A DNA stretch of 64,000 nucleotides. It comes from Epithemia pelagica. Taxonomy: Eukaryota > Protista > Bacillariophyta. The notes under the pieces are model-generated. The model was not told the origin of the DNA, did no database searches, and worked only from the letters and a program-made list of their open reading frames with translations. Made by a program: the position numbers and the translations under genes. The DNA is taken from positions 868,001-932,000 of the forward strand of contig OX337233.1 of the NCBI GenBank assembly GCA_946965045.2, written 5' to 3'. Positions 1 to 11,025 of the stretch are shown one piece after another (the first letter of the stretch is position 1; each line of letters begins with the position of its first letter).

Positions 1-3
1 AGC

Positions 4-1008
4 ATGAATAGTATCGGGGATTTCTTTGTGGTGGAGCCACAAAGTGCTGTACCAGCACCAGCATCATCATTACCGCATGTTCCAGCCACAGCCGCTACTG
101 CCGAGCAATCCCGTCGGGCCAGTATGAACAGCAGCATGGACAGTATTGGTCAAATCTTTGTCCAGGACACCAAAACACAAGACTTTGTCTCCCCCGTCCG
201 ACGACTGCAAGGTCGACGAGCTTCGGCGTCGTACAACATAGCACAGCCACAGAAACCCATGAATTTGCATGGAAGCATGAACGGGAGCTTTTCCTTTTAC
301 CCAGAGACAAGCCGCAGCCGAAGTAGTAGCATTGGATGGAATCCTCCTGCGCCATGTCATGGATCTACCAATCACCACCCCCACCACAGTTCCAGTAGCT
401 TCGGATATTCTGAAGGTGATGGTGGAGGATTCGAGGATCCTTCCCATCCACGTCCACAACGACGACGTTCCTCCGCGGCATATAGCATGAGTCGACCTCA
501 AAAACCCATGAATTTGCATGGTAGCATGACCAGCTTGGAGGGAGGATATCAAGCATACCACCCCCCGTCTCCGACACATTGCCCACCACAGCCACCAGCA
601 CCAGCACCGCAACAACAACAGCAACGACGGCGATCGTCTGGTTTCTTTTCCAATTGGTTTGCTTCGTCACCTTCACCATCGTCTCCAGTCAAGCAAGGTG
701 GCTTGCGACGTGGATCCATGAAGCAGGCTCTCCGTCCTCCATCAACATCCGGCCCACAACAACCAACAACAAGAATCTTCCCGACGGTAACACCAGTTTC
801 CTATACCTTGTCCTCTTTGCGACGCATGACGACCGCACAACTAAAGCAGTGTCTTGAAGCCGCAGGAGTTGACTTTGATCCTCGTTATATTGTCGAAAAG
901 GACGACCTGATTCGAGTCTTTTATGCCAGTGGCAAAATAGACATTCTCCCCGAAAACACGAGGAAGAGCAGCAACAACAACAAGAACAACAACAACATCC
1001 CGTTGTGA
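4..1008 (+). CDS. Hypothetical S/P/Q-rich disordered protein with a duplicated QKPMNLHGSM motif and a C-terminal SAP/LEM-like helical motif
   Basis: 334-aa ATG-initiated ORF. RRxSAxY...QKPMNLHGSM occurs twice. The C-terminal LKQCLEAAGVDFDPRYIVEKDDL resembles SAP-like LKxxLxxxGVD...EKxDL motifs (by eye). Confidence 0.55.
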   Translation: MNSIGDFFVVEPQSAVPAPASSLPHVPATAATAEQSRRASMNSSMDSIGQIFVQDTKTQDFVSPVRRLQGRRASASYNIAQPQKPMNLHGSMNGSFSFYPETSRSRSSSIGWNPPAPCHGSTNHHPHHSSSSFGYSEGDGGGFEDPSHPRPQRRRSSAAYSMSRPQKPMNLHGSMTSLEGGYQAYHPPSPTHCPPQPPAPAPQQQQQRRRSSGFFSNWFASSPSPSSPVKQGGLRRGSMKQALRPPSTSGPQQPTTRIFPTVTPVSYTLSSLRRMTTAQLKQCLEAAGVDFDPRYIVEKDDLIRVFYASGKIDILPENTRKSSNNNKNNNNIPL

Positions 1009-1539
1009 CAGAGACACAAACCTGAGAGACTCCCCAATCCACATATATTTCATTCCTAATAGCATGCAGCATGTATCAGAACTAATGTTCAACGTGTTGT
1101 TCCTTCCTTCTTGTTGTTGTCAGTGGGGGAGTAGAGCCGACAATCTTTGTCGAAGCAGCAGGATGCTGTTGTTGTTGGTTTTGTTTGTCATGACTTGCAA
1201 TCCATCGACCAAACTCCAATCCACATTTCGTCCGCATGATTACTCTCATTTCATAGAATAATGACCCAAAGCAATGTGAATGCGTCTTGATTTAGTATAG
1301 TTTCAGCATTATGCATGAGTGCGGATACTCTCTGAAAACTCTTCGTGTTGTTGTTTGTTTGAATACAGTGTTGGTTGGTACCAACGGCTCCTTGTCCTCG
1401 GCGTGTACAACAAAAGAATCTCGTGTGGAAACTGTTCATCTTCTCTTTCTCTTCTTTTCGTTGTCAATGTTGTTGTCGAGAGTTGGTCGAGCACCCAATT
1501 AATGAACTGACTTTACTAGCTAGTATAGTGTCTGTTGCA

Positions 1540-1875
1540 ATGTATGTGGAATGGGACAATGAATCGTTCATACATATGCCATTCCGGTGTATGGGAAATG
1601 GCTGTGGTAACGTCTGGAATGGCCTTAGCGTCAATGGCAACAATCGTTCCGCTCCCCGACAAGGTCGAGAGTCGTGCCCTTATTGGAAACACAGAATAGC
1701 TTAAAACCAATGGCAACACGCGTGTCAGTAGCATCCCCATATTTTATTGTTTGTTTGTGGTTCTTGCCGCCTTGAGTATCGATAATCATGAGCGTAGGGG
1801 TGCACCGTCGCAAGGGCAACGAGTGAGGACTTGGCAATAAGTGGGAAGATCATAATATTGTAAGCAGCAGCGTCG
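1540..1875. pseudogene. Relic fragments homologous to the flanks and leader of the 2OG-oxygenase cassette
   Basis: 1540-1630 encodes YVEWDNESF..FRCMGNGCGNVWNGL, matching the minus-strand YVEWDNGSF..FRCKGNGRGNIWNGL near 50.7 kb and a similar stretch near 37.6 kb. 1795-1875 on the minus strand encodes MIFPLIAKSSLVALATVH, matching the 2OG leader MIFPLARSSLVALATVH. Confidence 0.65.
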
Positions 1876-1903
1876 CAGCAACTTCCGGTAATGGACTCAA
1901 AAC

Positions 1904-2634
1904 TCCCCCTAGCGGGGGTGGTTTTGAGGTTGTAGTTTCTGTGAACCACCCCCATACCTTTTTCCTGGCTCCAGTCGGCCGGCATATCTCATTCCTTCCA
2001 CCGCGATAACAACACGACAATCAAACTTTGTCGTTGCTGGTGACCTCCGACGGCCACCCGACCATCACATGCTTCATATCGGTACCATGTCAGTGCATTG
2101 TGAGGGGCACAGTGCATGCGGGCCATTCTAGGAAATGACCAATACAGTGACGCTGTAATACGGCTCAATAGGAGACCATGATGGCGTGAAAATACATGAG
2201 AGTTGCCGTTTTGCTATCAATACACTGTGTAACTACTACTGTGATGTGTATTGTGTACCAATAGGTGTCCAAACAATGCATGATAAGAGCCATATAGTCC
2301 CTTTGAGTTGCTTCGTTAGAAATGGCAATACGTCGCTTCCGTACCTGTGCCACGAGGCATGGCGCCTATGAGTCTGATGCATAACAGCCTTAACCTTTAA
2401 ATTTTGGTGATGCCGATGCATTCTACACTATTGGTTTGAGGTCTATGACTAGGAAGACAGGTTTCACGAGTCCAAATAGGTGCACAACAACCTGTGCAAC
2501 ACCATGGCCCGTGTTGTTATCGTGGTGGAGGAAATGAGATATGCCGGCCGACTGGAAACAGGTTATTTTTGGCAAATAGGTATGGGGGTGGCTCAGAGAA
2601 ATTACACCCTATAAGCCACCCCCGCTAGGGGGTA
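1904..2634. mobile_element. Non-autonomous TIR DNA transposon (MULE-like), copy 1
   Basis: Imperfect TIRs of about 110 bp (CCCCCTAGCGGGGGTG... / ...CACCCCCGCTAGGGGGTA). ACTCAAAAC at 1895-1903 and 2635-2643 is a 9-bp TSD. No coding capacity. Confidence 0.85.
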
Positions 2635-2905
2635 ACTCAAAACGTGGGTAATCTTTCTACTACTCAGAGTATCGTCACGATATAACTTCTTCATTTTCAT
2701 ACAGTAGAAGCAACCTGACGGTTTGGCGCACGAGTCACGCCAGAAATTCTGAGTCAAGACCATGTTGACTTTTTTCAATTTTAAGCAGCGGAATCGACAG
2801 AGCTCGACGAGCTCTATCTGCTGATAATCTTTGTTTTGAAAAAGTTCAGGATTTTCTGGATTTCTGGATTGTGGCAAATATCTGGTCTACCTGACACTTT
2901 GGCAC

Positions 2906-2956
2906 CGCGATAGCCCGTACTAATTTGGACCAAAATGTTTTTTACGGGCTATCACG
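2906..2956. repeat. Short inverted repeat (14-bp stem, 1 mismatch)
   Basis: CGCGATAGCCCGTA at 2906-2919 and TACGGGCTATCACG at 2943-2956. Confidence 0.6.
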
Positions 2957-3655
2957 TGAATTGACACGTAACTTCTCCCTATAACACTAATTAATCGGAT
3001 TTCTCCCCTATTCATTGTCTTTCATGTCCTTCATGGCTTTCTCAATAGACAGGATCAAGTTCTTCTTGTTCATACTGCTGGTTCCCTTGGAGTCGAGATA
3101 GATGCCAGTCCTTCTGGACAAGACACAGCGAGAATGTCAACAGTGGTTCCTGCGTGTATCATCAGGTCTGTGTGATGATAATGATACTATTGGAGCTGAA
3201 GGTAGCATGTTGACAACAATGAAGTTGTTGGGTACACACTATGCATTCATGTTACCTTGATGGATGCTGACTTTGTCATTGTCGTTTCTTGCTAGACTGC
3301 ACCAAATCTGATCGAGACTGTGTGTGGGCAGGTAGCTGAGTTAGAATACCAATTTAAACTTTCCTTCATCCATTTGGCGCCAAAAACACATTTTGAAGTG
3401 CCCAATCGACAGATCTCGTTCTGGGCTTTTGAATGACACCTCAAATTCCAAAATTGGTTAAGTAGAAGTTAAGTTATAAATTGTCAAAGTTTTCTACGGT
3501 GGCATCGCGGTGACCCCAGAATTCCGCCCACCAAATTTAGTCAGGCTGCCAAATTAGTCAGGTTGCTTCTAGTACCTCTGATATGATCATACTAGATTCA
3601 GATTCTTTAGATATGAGGTAAACATACTGAGTCACGGATGTCGGAGGATTTGGGA

Positions 3656-3715
3656 GATGTCGGATGATGTCGGATGATGTCGGATGATGTCGGATGATGT
3701 CGGAAGATGTCGGAT
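3656..3715 (+). repeat. Tandem repeat (GATGTCGGAT)x6
   Basis: Six 10-bp units read directly; one unit has a substitution. Confidence 0.95.
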
Positions 3716-3857
3716 GTTTTTATCGCCAAAAGAATCTTTACTCTCCAGCAGATGGAATTCGTCAAGAGAAATCACACGGTGACAACTCAATGATTGACAG
3801 TGGGCCCATCTAAGCACCGCTGGATTTTGAAACAAACCATGTTTCCGCGCGAGCCCG

Positions 3858-3923
3858 AAACGACATCAAACGACATCAAACGACATACCAAACGACATAC
3901 CAAACGACATACCAAACGACATT
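3858..3923 (+). repeat. Tandem repeat AAACGACAT(C/ACC)x6
   Basis: Six units of 10-12 bp. The core CGACAT is the reverse complement of the ATGTCG core in the 3656-3715 array. Confidence 0.95.
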
Positions 3924-4098
3924 CCCGTTTGTTCCATACTAGAGAATGGGAAACCATATTCTATGGCAACACAATACGTGCTTTGTAATAATATCGATCT
4001 TAGTTTTTGGATTCGCCCGTTGGGTATTGGTACAGAATATGCGACTCACGTGTATTTACCGGAAGTTGCAGGGATCTTTGCTCAATTCGCTGCTCCGT

Positions 4099-6238
4099 TA
4101 CCCCTAGCGGAAGGGTGAGTCCTGGTCGTGAATGAGAGTTTGTGCATTCTGATACTCACCCCCAAGGCGCCATCGCGCTCACTCGACTTTGACACAAACC
4201 CAAAATTTCATTTCACACATTCACTGCATCCACCACGGTGGGTGGAGGTGCAACCCTCTACCATGCCATCGTCGAAGTCTTCTTCATCGCACAAGCGCAA
4301 CCGTCGGTCCCAACACCAGGTTAGAGAGCATTTCGGTGGCCCCATGCCAAAGGACACGTCCATTCCAAGCAGTATTGAAGCCACCAACAAACACCCAGCA
4401 ATCGCCAAAACTCAGCAAGCTTATTCCTCTCGTCAACCCAGCCCTGCTCCTCCTCCTAATGCTCCCCCATGTGGTCCTTCCCCTCCCTCCATTCCACCCA
4501 TGGCTTCGAGAAGTGACTGTGACTTCAGCGATCATGCTCCCCCCCATTCCCGAGGAATTTGAATCGACTGACTCGGACAACGAAGATGGATCCTCCCACA
4601 CCACCCACACAACCAACATCATTCTCCACCGCATTCTCATTGTCCAATATCGCTTCTCCGTCGAATCCTTCGTCCAGTAACTCCACCCTTCCTTCGAATG
4701 AAACAAACAACAACCCGTCAGTGCACACGAAGGTTTCCTCCTTCTCCTTCAGTGGGTGGCACCGTCAACATTCCTTCGGTTTCTTGGTCGGCAGATTGGT
4801 CTTGTCGCAACGTATGGCAGTATTTGTGGCATGGAGTGGACGCTAAAGTCGAGGAGGAACTGCGTCAGGAGTATAAGGATGCGATTGAGGTCCGCCTTCT
4901 CGATGCTGTCTCGAAAATGACATCGATTCTTCCCCGACAAACGGAGGATACGTTGGTCCATTTTGTTGGGGAGAGTGCGTTGGAAGACTTTGTGTTCCTC
5001 CATGTCGAATGGAGAGATTTGGCAGAAGACAAGACAGGACCAGAAGCGGTGAATGCAACATTGGACTTGGATCGCTTTGTCTTTTTTTAACAACCACAGT
5101 ACTTGGCACGATTCGACAGCGAAACGTCGAGACCAGAACAACAGAAAGGATTGTGATTCATTGGACCAGTGCTTTGAAACGTTTTGGACGAACGAAACAT
5201 GTGGTATTGTTCTAAATGTAAAGAACATGTACGAAAACCATGGAATTTAGGCTCTTTCCCAATATTCTGGTTGTCCGTTTGAAGTGGTCTGAGTTTAAGA
5301 ATGCCATGCGCTGCGACAAGTTGGAGACCTTGGTGAACTTTCCCTTAGACGGCTTGGACATGGGTACCCATTGTGCTCGACATGGAAATGGTCAAGAGTC
5401 TTTTGTGGAGGATTCGGTTCCGGCCATGTACGATTTATTGGCGGTGGCGAATCATTATGGCCGAATGGGATTTGGTCACTACACCACGTTTGCTGCGAAC
5501 TGGAATGAAAATGAAACACCCAATGAATGGCAACTCTTTGATGATTCAACTATCAGAGTGTGGGAGGATCAGGTGATTCCGTCGTGTCTTCGGCCGCCTA
5601 CGTGCTCTTTTATCGACGTCGGATGTGGAACTAGGAAAATTCCTTTCACAGCTTTTCCCTTTCTGGTTATATCAGCGTTGGTAGGAATGTTCCTTTAACT
5701 GGTTTTACTCGGTTCTAGCGCGAGAAGTAGGGAACTGTTCCAGGGATTACCCAACATAGCGTAAAGATAGGCAAAGGAAAGGAGTTGTCTTTGTAATGTT
5801 GACGGGTTGGAGGTGTTGGTTTGCAGGCCAGGACAGTCCATGATGTGGGTTGGGATAGGGTCGACAACTCGGGTTGGATTGGGCGGGTGCATAATGGTGT
5901 CGGATGGATGGTCTTCATTTGGGTTGTTGTTGCTTCCAATTGCACTGTGTAGGTACTGAGATCTAAATGGAAGCAGCGGGTCGGAACGGTTGGTTTCCAC
6001 GCCAGGATGGTCCCTTAGGTTGGTAGAGACAGGGCGAACAACTCGGGTCGGATGGGGAGGGGCCATGAGTGTTGTGACAACCACAACAAGATGGGTCTCG
6101 TAGTGATTGCGTTGTGGTGGTTGTGAGTTTGTGACAAAGTCGAAAAATCGCCGATTTTGAGAATCGCGCCTTGGGGGTGAGTATCAGAATGCTCTTGGTC
6201 TGTTTGTCGACCTGGACTCACCCTTCTGCTAGGGGGTA
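4099..6238. mobile_element. Pack-MULE-like element carrying host gene fragments
   Basis: Left end TACCCCTAGCGGAAGGGTGAGTCC, right end GGACTCACCCTTCTGCTAGGGGGTA. Imperfect inverted similarity extends about 100 bp. Exact 10-bp TSD GCTGCTCCGT at 4089-4098 and 6239-6248. No transposase inside. Confidence 0.85.
5150..5620 (+). pseudogene. Ubiquitin-specific protease (peptidase C19/UCH) C-terminal fragment, frameshifted
   Basis: SLDQCFETF, then WYCSKCKEHV in another frame, then PNILVVRLK, FPLDGLDM, YDLLAVANHYGRMGFGHYT (His box) and WQLFDDS. No N-terminal Cys box is visible. Confidence 0.85.
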
Positions 6239-6272
6239 GCTGCTCCGTTGATACGATTCTATGGATATTGGA

Positions 6273-7020
6273 CACCCCCTAGCGGGGGTGTTTTTGAGGT
6301 TGTAATTTCGTTGAAACACCCCCATCTCTCTGGTAGAAAAATAACCTGTTTCTAGTCGGCAGGCATATCTCATTCCATCCATCGCGATAACAACACGGAC
6401 CTCGGTGTTGCACCTGTTGTTGTGCACCTATTTTGACACTTGGTACCTGTCGGGTGAGTCATAGACCTCTAACCAATAGCGTAGGATACATCTGCATGGC
6501 CAAAATATGAAGGTTGAGTCTATTGTGGAGCTGGTTCACAGGCACCATGCCTCGTGGCACTGTCATACGGAAGCAACGCCTCACCATTTCGAACGAAGCA
6601 TCTCAGAGGGAAGTATGGCTCTTATCATTCATTGTTTCGACACCTAATGGTTCACAATATACATAACAGTAGTAACGGAGTGTATCGACAGCAGGACCTC
6701 TATTCCCATGTGTTTTTGGGGCCAGCATGGTCTCGTGTCGTGCCATAATGCTGGGCCACTATTTTCATCCTTGCCTAGAGTGACCCTCATGCACTGTGCT
6801 GCTCACAATGCACTACCATGGTACTAATATGAATCACACGATGGTCGGATCATGATGGGGTGATCATAGGAGGTCACCAGCAACAACAAAGTTTGATTGT
6901 CGTGTTGTTATCGTGGTTGTAAAAATGAGATATGCCTGCCAACTATTGTAGACCGGACACCAGAGAGATGGGGGTGGCTACACGAAATTAAACCCTCTTA
7001 GCCACCCCCACTAGGGGGTG
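6273..7020. mobile_element. Non-autonomous MULE-like element, copy 2 (inverted relative to 1904-2634)
   Basis: Ends CACCCCCTAG...CTAGGGGGTG with TIRs of about 110 bp. 10-bp TSD GGATATTGGA at 6263-6272 and 7021-7030. The internal sequence is the reverse-complement homologue of copy 1. Confidence 0.88.
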
Positions 7021-7046
7021 GGATATTGGATAGATCTTTTTTCGGA

Positions 7047-7084
7047 CGAAATTACTCCCTCCGAAACACCCCCGCTGGGGGGTA
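7047..7084. mobile_element. Orphan right TIR of the same family
   Basis: ACGAAATTACTCCCTCCGAAACACCCCCGCTGGGGGGTA resembles the right ends at 2634 and 7020. No matching left end found in the window. Confidence 0.7.
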
Positions 7085-7123
7085 GAAGACGAATGCACGA
7101 AGTGCATTCAGTCACGCGTGACT

Positions 7124-7147
7124 GGACTCACCCCATGCTTGGGGGTA
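7124..7147. mobile_element. Orphan right TIR of the 4099-6238 subtype
   Basis: GGACTCACCCCATGCTTGGGGGTA resembles GGACTCACCCTTCTGCTAGGGGGTA at 6214-6238. Confidence 0.65.
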
Positions 7148-7213
7148 ATCATCGGACAAAGTTTGGTCAATCGACCAATAAGACATAAGACCTTCATTTT
7201 CCGGGGTGAGAAA
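7148..7213 (+). repeat. Dispersed repeat, also at 8482-8537 and, more diverged, at 18586-18600 plus 20083-20140
   Basis: ATCATCGGACAAAGTTTGGTCAAT(C/T)GACC...ACCTTCATTTT(T)CCGGGGTGAG is present at both 7148 and 8482. Confidence 0.75.
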
Positions 7214-9624
7214 TTATATCCGCGACTGAAAAATGAGGGAGATCTTGAAAAGATCCTAAGATCTGTCACACCAAATCTTGACCATGTCAGCATGGAGATG
7301 CACACTCCGGATCCAAACTTGCATCACTCTTGATCTTCCTAGCCTTTCAAACCCTCCAATGTGACTTGTCCTGCAATGCCTTGCAACACTTGGCCTTGCA
7401 ACGTGCCCTGGGCAAGTTGCAACAACAACAACCATTCAACAGCAACAACGACAACCACAACAGCAACCGCAACAATACCACAATCACAAATAGACCGGGA
7501 CGAGGAAGCACGAGGGGCCCACTTGTCCTCCCCGACGACGACAATGGCCAAGAAGAAAAAGAAACCATCGTTCCAAGCTTCCACGGGTTGGTTGTTGGAT
7601 GCCTTGCGTCAATATGGGCAACTGTATGCGGCCACGACCGCCGTACCAATGACGGCTGCTGCCGCCACCACAATCACTGCGACGTATACACCTGCCTCAA
7701 TGGACCCCCAACTGTTTACTCCAGTCCAAGTGGAGGCGCAAGTCCAAGAGGTGATTCGACAAGACTGGTGTGTACGGAACGAGCCATTCGACAATGGGTT
7801 CCATTCTTATTATTGGTGAACACCCATTCTCATGCATTCCACAAGGGAACGACCAAACTGACAATGGAAGATGGTACTCTGATCCAGTGGAATCTCCTTG
7901 GCCTACCATAAGACGCATCGGCCCCAAGTCTTCTACCTACCTAGTTGGCACGTAAGCCGAGGGCACACGGCCTCGGAAAAACCGGATGCTTTCTTGAGTG
8001 TGTGGAAGGATCTATACAGCCTTGCTCGAATGAATGGTTCCTTCTCTACACTCTACACCTAGAATCATGCACTGGAAGTAGAAGAAGATGAGCTCGTATC
8101 TCGCATTGTAGTAAGGATATACGTGGTCCTCCCTGGAAATCATATAATATTCCATAGTAGTGAAAAACAAAACCCCTGTTTGACTCCTCTAACGAAGAGC
8201 CAACCAACTAATCAATCTCAGCGGCCGCCCACTTGCCAATTCGTCCACGACGACGATCGTCGTCGTCCATCTTGTAGTGTCGTGATTCGTCCTTATCGCA
8301 AAGTTACGTGGGAGTGAGAAAATAATGAGTCACGCATAAAGCGTCAGCAAAACTGATTGAGAGACGACTCGACACCGGGAATTATTAATACTACTAGACC
8401 AAAATTATGCTAGTAGAGGTAGGTGCGTATGTGCGACCATATGTATGGCGGGACTGACCCTCGTCACCTATCTGGTCATCGATCATCGGACAAAGTTTGG
8501 TCAATTGACCGATAACCTTCATTTTTCCGGGGTGAGAGCTGTTTGCTGCTTGCTGCGTGCTCCATCTCAATTGGTATCACGTCAGTAGGGTCAGGGTTTG
8601 GGACGCTCACGGAATGGCCTTAGCGGCCCCTGGCCCCTGGTGGAGATAGCCTCACAGCATGACCCAAAAGCTTGTTTATTATTTGGGATCTACCATCTAC
8701 CTAGCTTCTAGATTACATAACGAAAATAGAACCTTCCTTGTTTCCGGCATATACAATGCTAATGCTGACCGCTTCGAAATCCGTGTATCTGTATCGTTAT
8801 GAGTAATCCAAAAGTGCAAAGCGATTCTATCTGGCATAGGAACCCTGAAAAAAGGGTAATCGCAATGTGCGACCAAATGACGGGACTGGCCGTCACCTAC
8901 AAAAAATGTTCAGCTATCGACCTAGCAAAGTAGCTAGTCTAGTTGATACACTCAGCTATGTCTAGAGGACAGATCCAGAGGATAGACTTTGGCGATTAGA
9001 AGAAGTATAAAGCAACAAAGGCTCAGTGTTTTTGAAACTTCGCAACGTTCAAGACGCTGTTGCTTTCTTTGCTGTTGCTTGTCTTCCTGTCTTCTTCCTG
9101 AGAACCATGTCTTCGCTTTCAGTGTCTTCCTCTGCGCTGGATGCCCTCATCAAACCGTCCCAGCTTCCTGGATCCTTTAGCTTGAATCCTTCTGGTCTTT
9201 ATCCATCATCTGAGAATCCTCATCGCACTACCTTTCCGAACCAGTTCTCTTCTACATCCTTTTTGCACTGTACCTCACCTCCGAACTCCAACCCTCCTTC
9301 CAAAGAGGTGCTTCTACGTTCTTTACAAGACATTTTACACCAGTTGCACTTTGAAGACAAAGCCCCCACCAGTTCAACCCCGTTGGTTCCCTGTACTACC
9401 AAATACGCCAATGCGTCCTCCTTGCCCATCTCCGGTTACCTTGCTGTTGTGCATTTAGACACAACCACTCCCGGTCAGCTTCCTACTTCTTCCCTTCAAG
9501 GCCCCTTTCTGGTGGTACTAGGCCCACGGCCTTTTCCTTCAACAGCACACCTATTTCCTCCAACGTTTTTGGAAACGCCCCTACCACTTACAGTCAAGGC
9601 CAATTTCCTTTCCCCACATCGACG

Positions 9625-11025
9625 TTGGCCCCAGCCTTTGCCTTCCTTAGTGGACATCCCTCCTCCACGCTCCCGAATCTCAACTCTCTGGAGTGGATTC
9701 AAGGCAACCCATCCTCTCTGATGGTTTCTCTTCGAGCCCATTGCGCTCTTTTTTCCACCGTCATTTCTCATTCTATGGATAACCCTCTCCCCATAGACCA
9801 AGGCTGGGCATCTCTTCAGATCCCTACTGTCCCGTCGACTACGACGGACTCCACCCCGCCCTCTGGGCACACAGACTTCAATACGGCTCTTGCCGCTCGA
9901 GTTGAGGCCCTTAAGGCCAAACTCAATGAAGCCAATGAAAGCGTCCTTACGCTTTCCCCACCACTGGTGGACAACTCATCGGCCCCGGCCACGTCTTCAA
10001 CCTGGCTCCTCCTGGCCGCCCATCCCCTTCCGGAACACCATTCTTTGCCTATTGGTTTATTTATTGACCCCAGCAAAGTCCCTACTCCCGATGATCTTAT
10101 CTCGGTAGTTATCTCTTGGTTTAATCAACTGGGCCATCCCCCAACCAGATTGGTTTCCGAAGATCACCTCCGAACCTCTCTCGCGCGGTTATCTAATCCC
10201 TACACAGGTGCATGGCTCTCTGCAATTGCCGCCAACGCCGATCAATTCGCCTGCACATGGCATTCCGATTCTCAGTTGACTGGGGATTACCCCATCCTTT
10301 ATTCTTCCCCGTCCCGCGGTCGTCCCCCACCTTTATCTTCCACCATTCATCCAGCCGATGCGTTATTCACGCATCCCAAGTTTGCCCTCGCGGCAGCCAT
10401 CTTCTTCGATCAACTCTTCAGGGCCAATCTTTCCCTGACCATGGTGAACAAGTTTCATCTTTCTTCCTTCGAGAATTTTCGAAATACAACGAGAAACACC
10501 CAGAATTATTCTTACACAAACCTGGCAATCTCCTCCCATACCTACCATACCTATGCGAACCGGCAGCACAGTCATGGAACACTCAGTACGGCTTTAAAGC
10601 CTTTTCCCCTCGCGCTTCCGGGAACCATCCTCTCCCTTCCTTTGCCCTGGCAATTTTCCCTGGGCTCCCCGAATCCAACGTACCTCCGGCCGACGACCCT
10701 TCCACCCCTCGTCGACCTTCATCCACGGTCGTTGCCGCTCTTCCAAATTTTGGTTTTCGCAATGCCTCCACCCTCAACTGTGGATCCCCCCCCCTCCAAT
10801 ATCTCGTCCTTCACCTTGCGAGCAACCTGTGGTCCGCCCACCCCAACCAACGGCTCCGGCTCCATTCCAACCAACGACACAAGGGTACCCTCCCGCGGAC
10901 ATCAGGCCTACGCCCCCGCCCGTCATAGACCTTACCCATTCGGAAGCTCCGCTTCCTCCTTCCACTGTTCCCTACAATCCCTTGGTAGCCCAACGCCAAC
11001 CTTGGGACTCACATGTCACCAATGA
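9625..11025 (+). CDS. Gag-like ORF1, N-terminal part
   Basis: 466-aa P/S/L-rich ORF with a short coiled-coil (LAARVEALKAKLNEANE) upstream of RT. Assignment is positional. Confidence 0.5.
   Translation: MAPAFAFLSGHPSSTLPNLNSLEWIQGNPSSLMVSLRAHCALFSTVISHSMDNPLPIDQGWASLQIPTVPSTTTDSTPPSGHTDFNTALAARVEALKAKLNEANESVLTLSPPLVDNSSAPATSSTWLLLAAHPLPEHHSLPIGLFIDPSKVPTPDDLISVVISWFNQLGHPPTRLVSEDHLRTSLARLSNPYTGAWLSAIAANADQFACTWHSDSQLTGDYPILYSSPSRGRPPPLSSTIHPADALFTHPKFALAAAIFFDQLFRANLSLTMVNKFHLSSFENFRNTTRNTQNYSYTNLAISSHTYHTYANRQHSHGTLSTALKPFPLALPGTILSLPLPWQFSLGSPNPTYLRPTTLPPLVDLHPRSLPLFQILVFAMPPPSTVDPPPSNISSFTLRATCGPPTPTNGSGSIPTNDTRVPSRGHQAYAPARHRPYPFGSSASSFHCSLQSLGSPTPTLGLTCHQ

Noticed and set aside
3000-3400. 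Possible Tc1/IS630 transposase relic on the minus strand (KFKLVF*LSYLP..LDQIW)
   Set aside because: Only one degenerate motif, with stops and no supporting DDE motifs; too weak to call.
3656-3923. CRISPR-like array
   Set aside because: The units are contiguous with no unique spacers, no cas genes are present, and the context is eukaryotic.
7330-7955. Cluster of overlapping ORFs as a gene
   Set aside because: Low-complexity N/T/Q runs and no family signature; no frame could be chosen.
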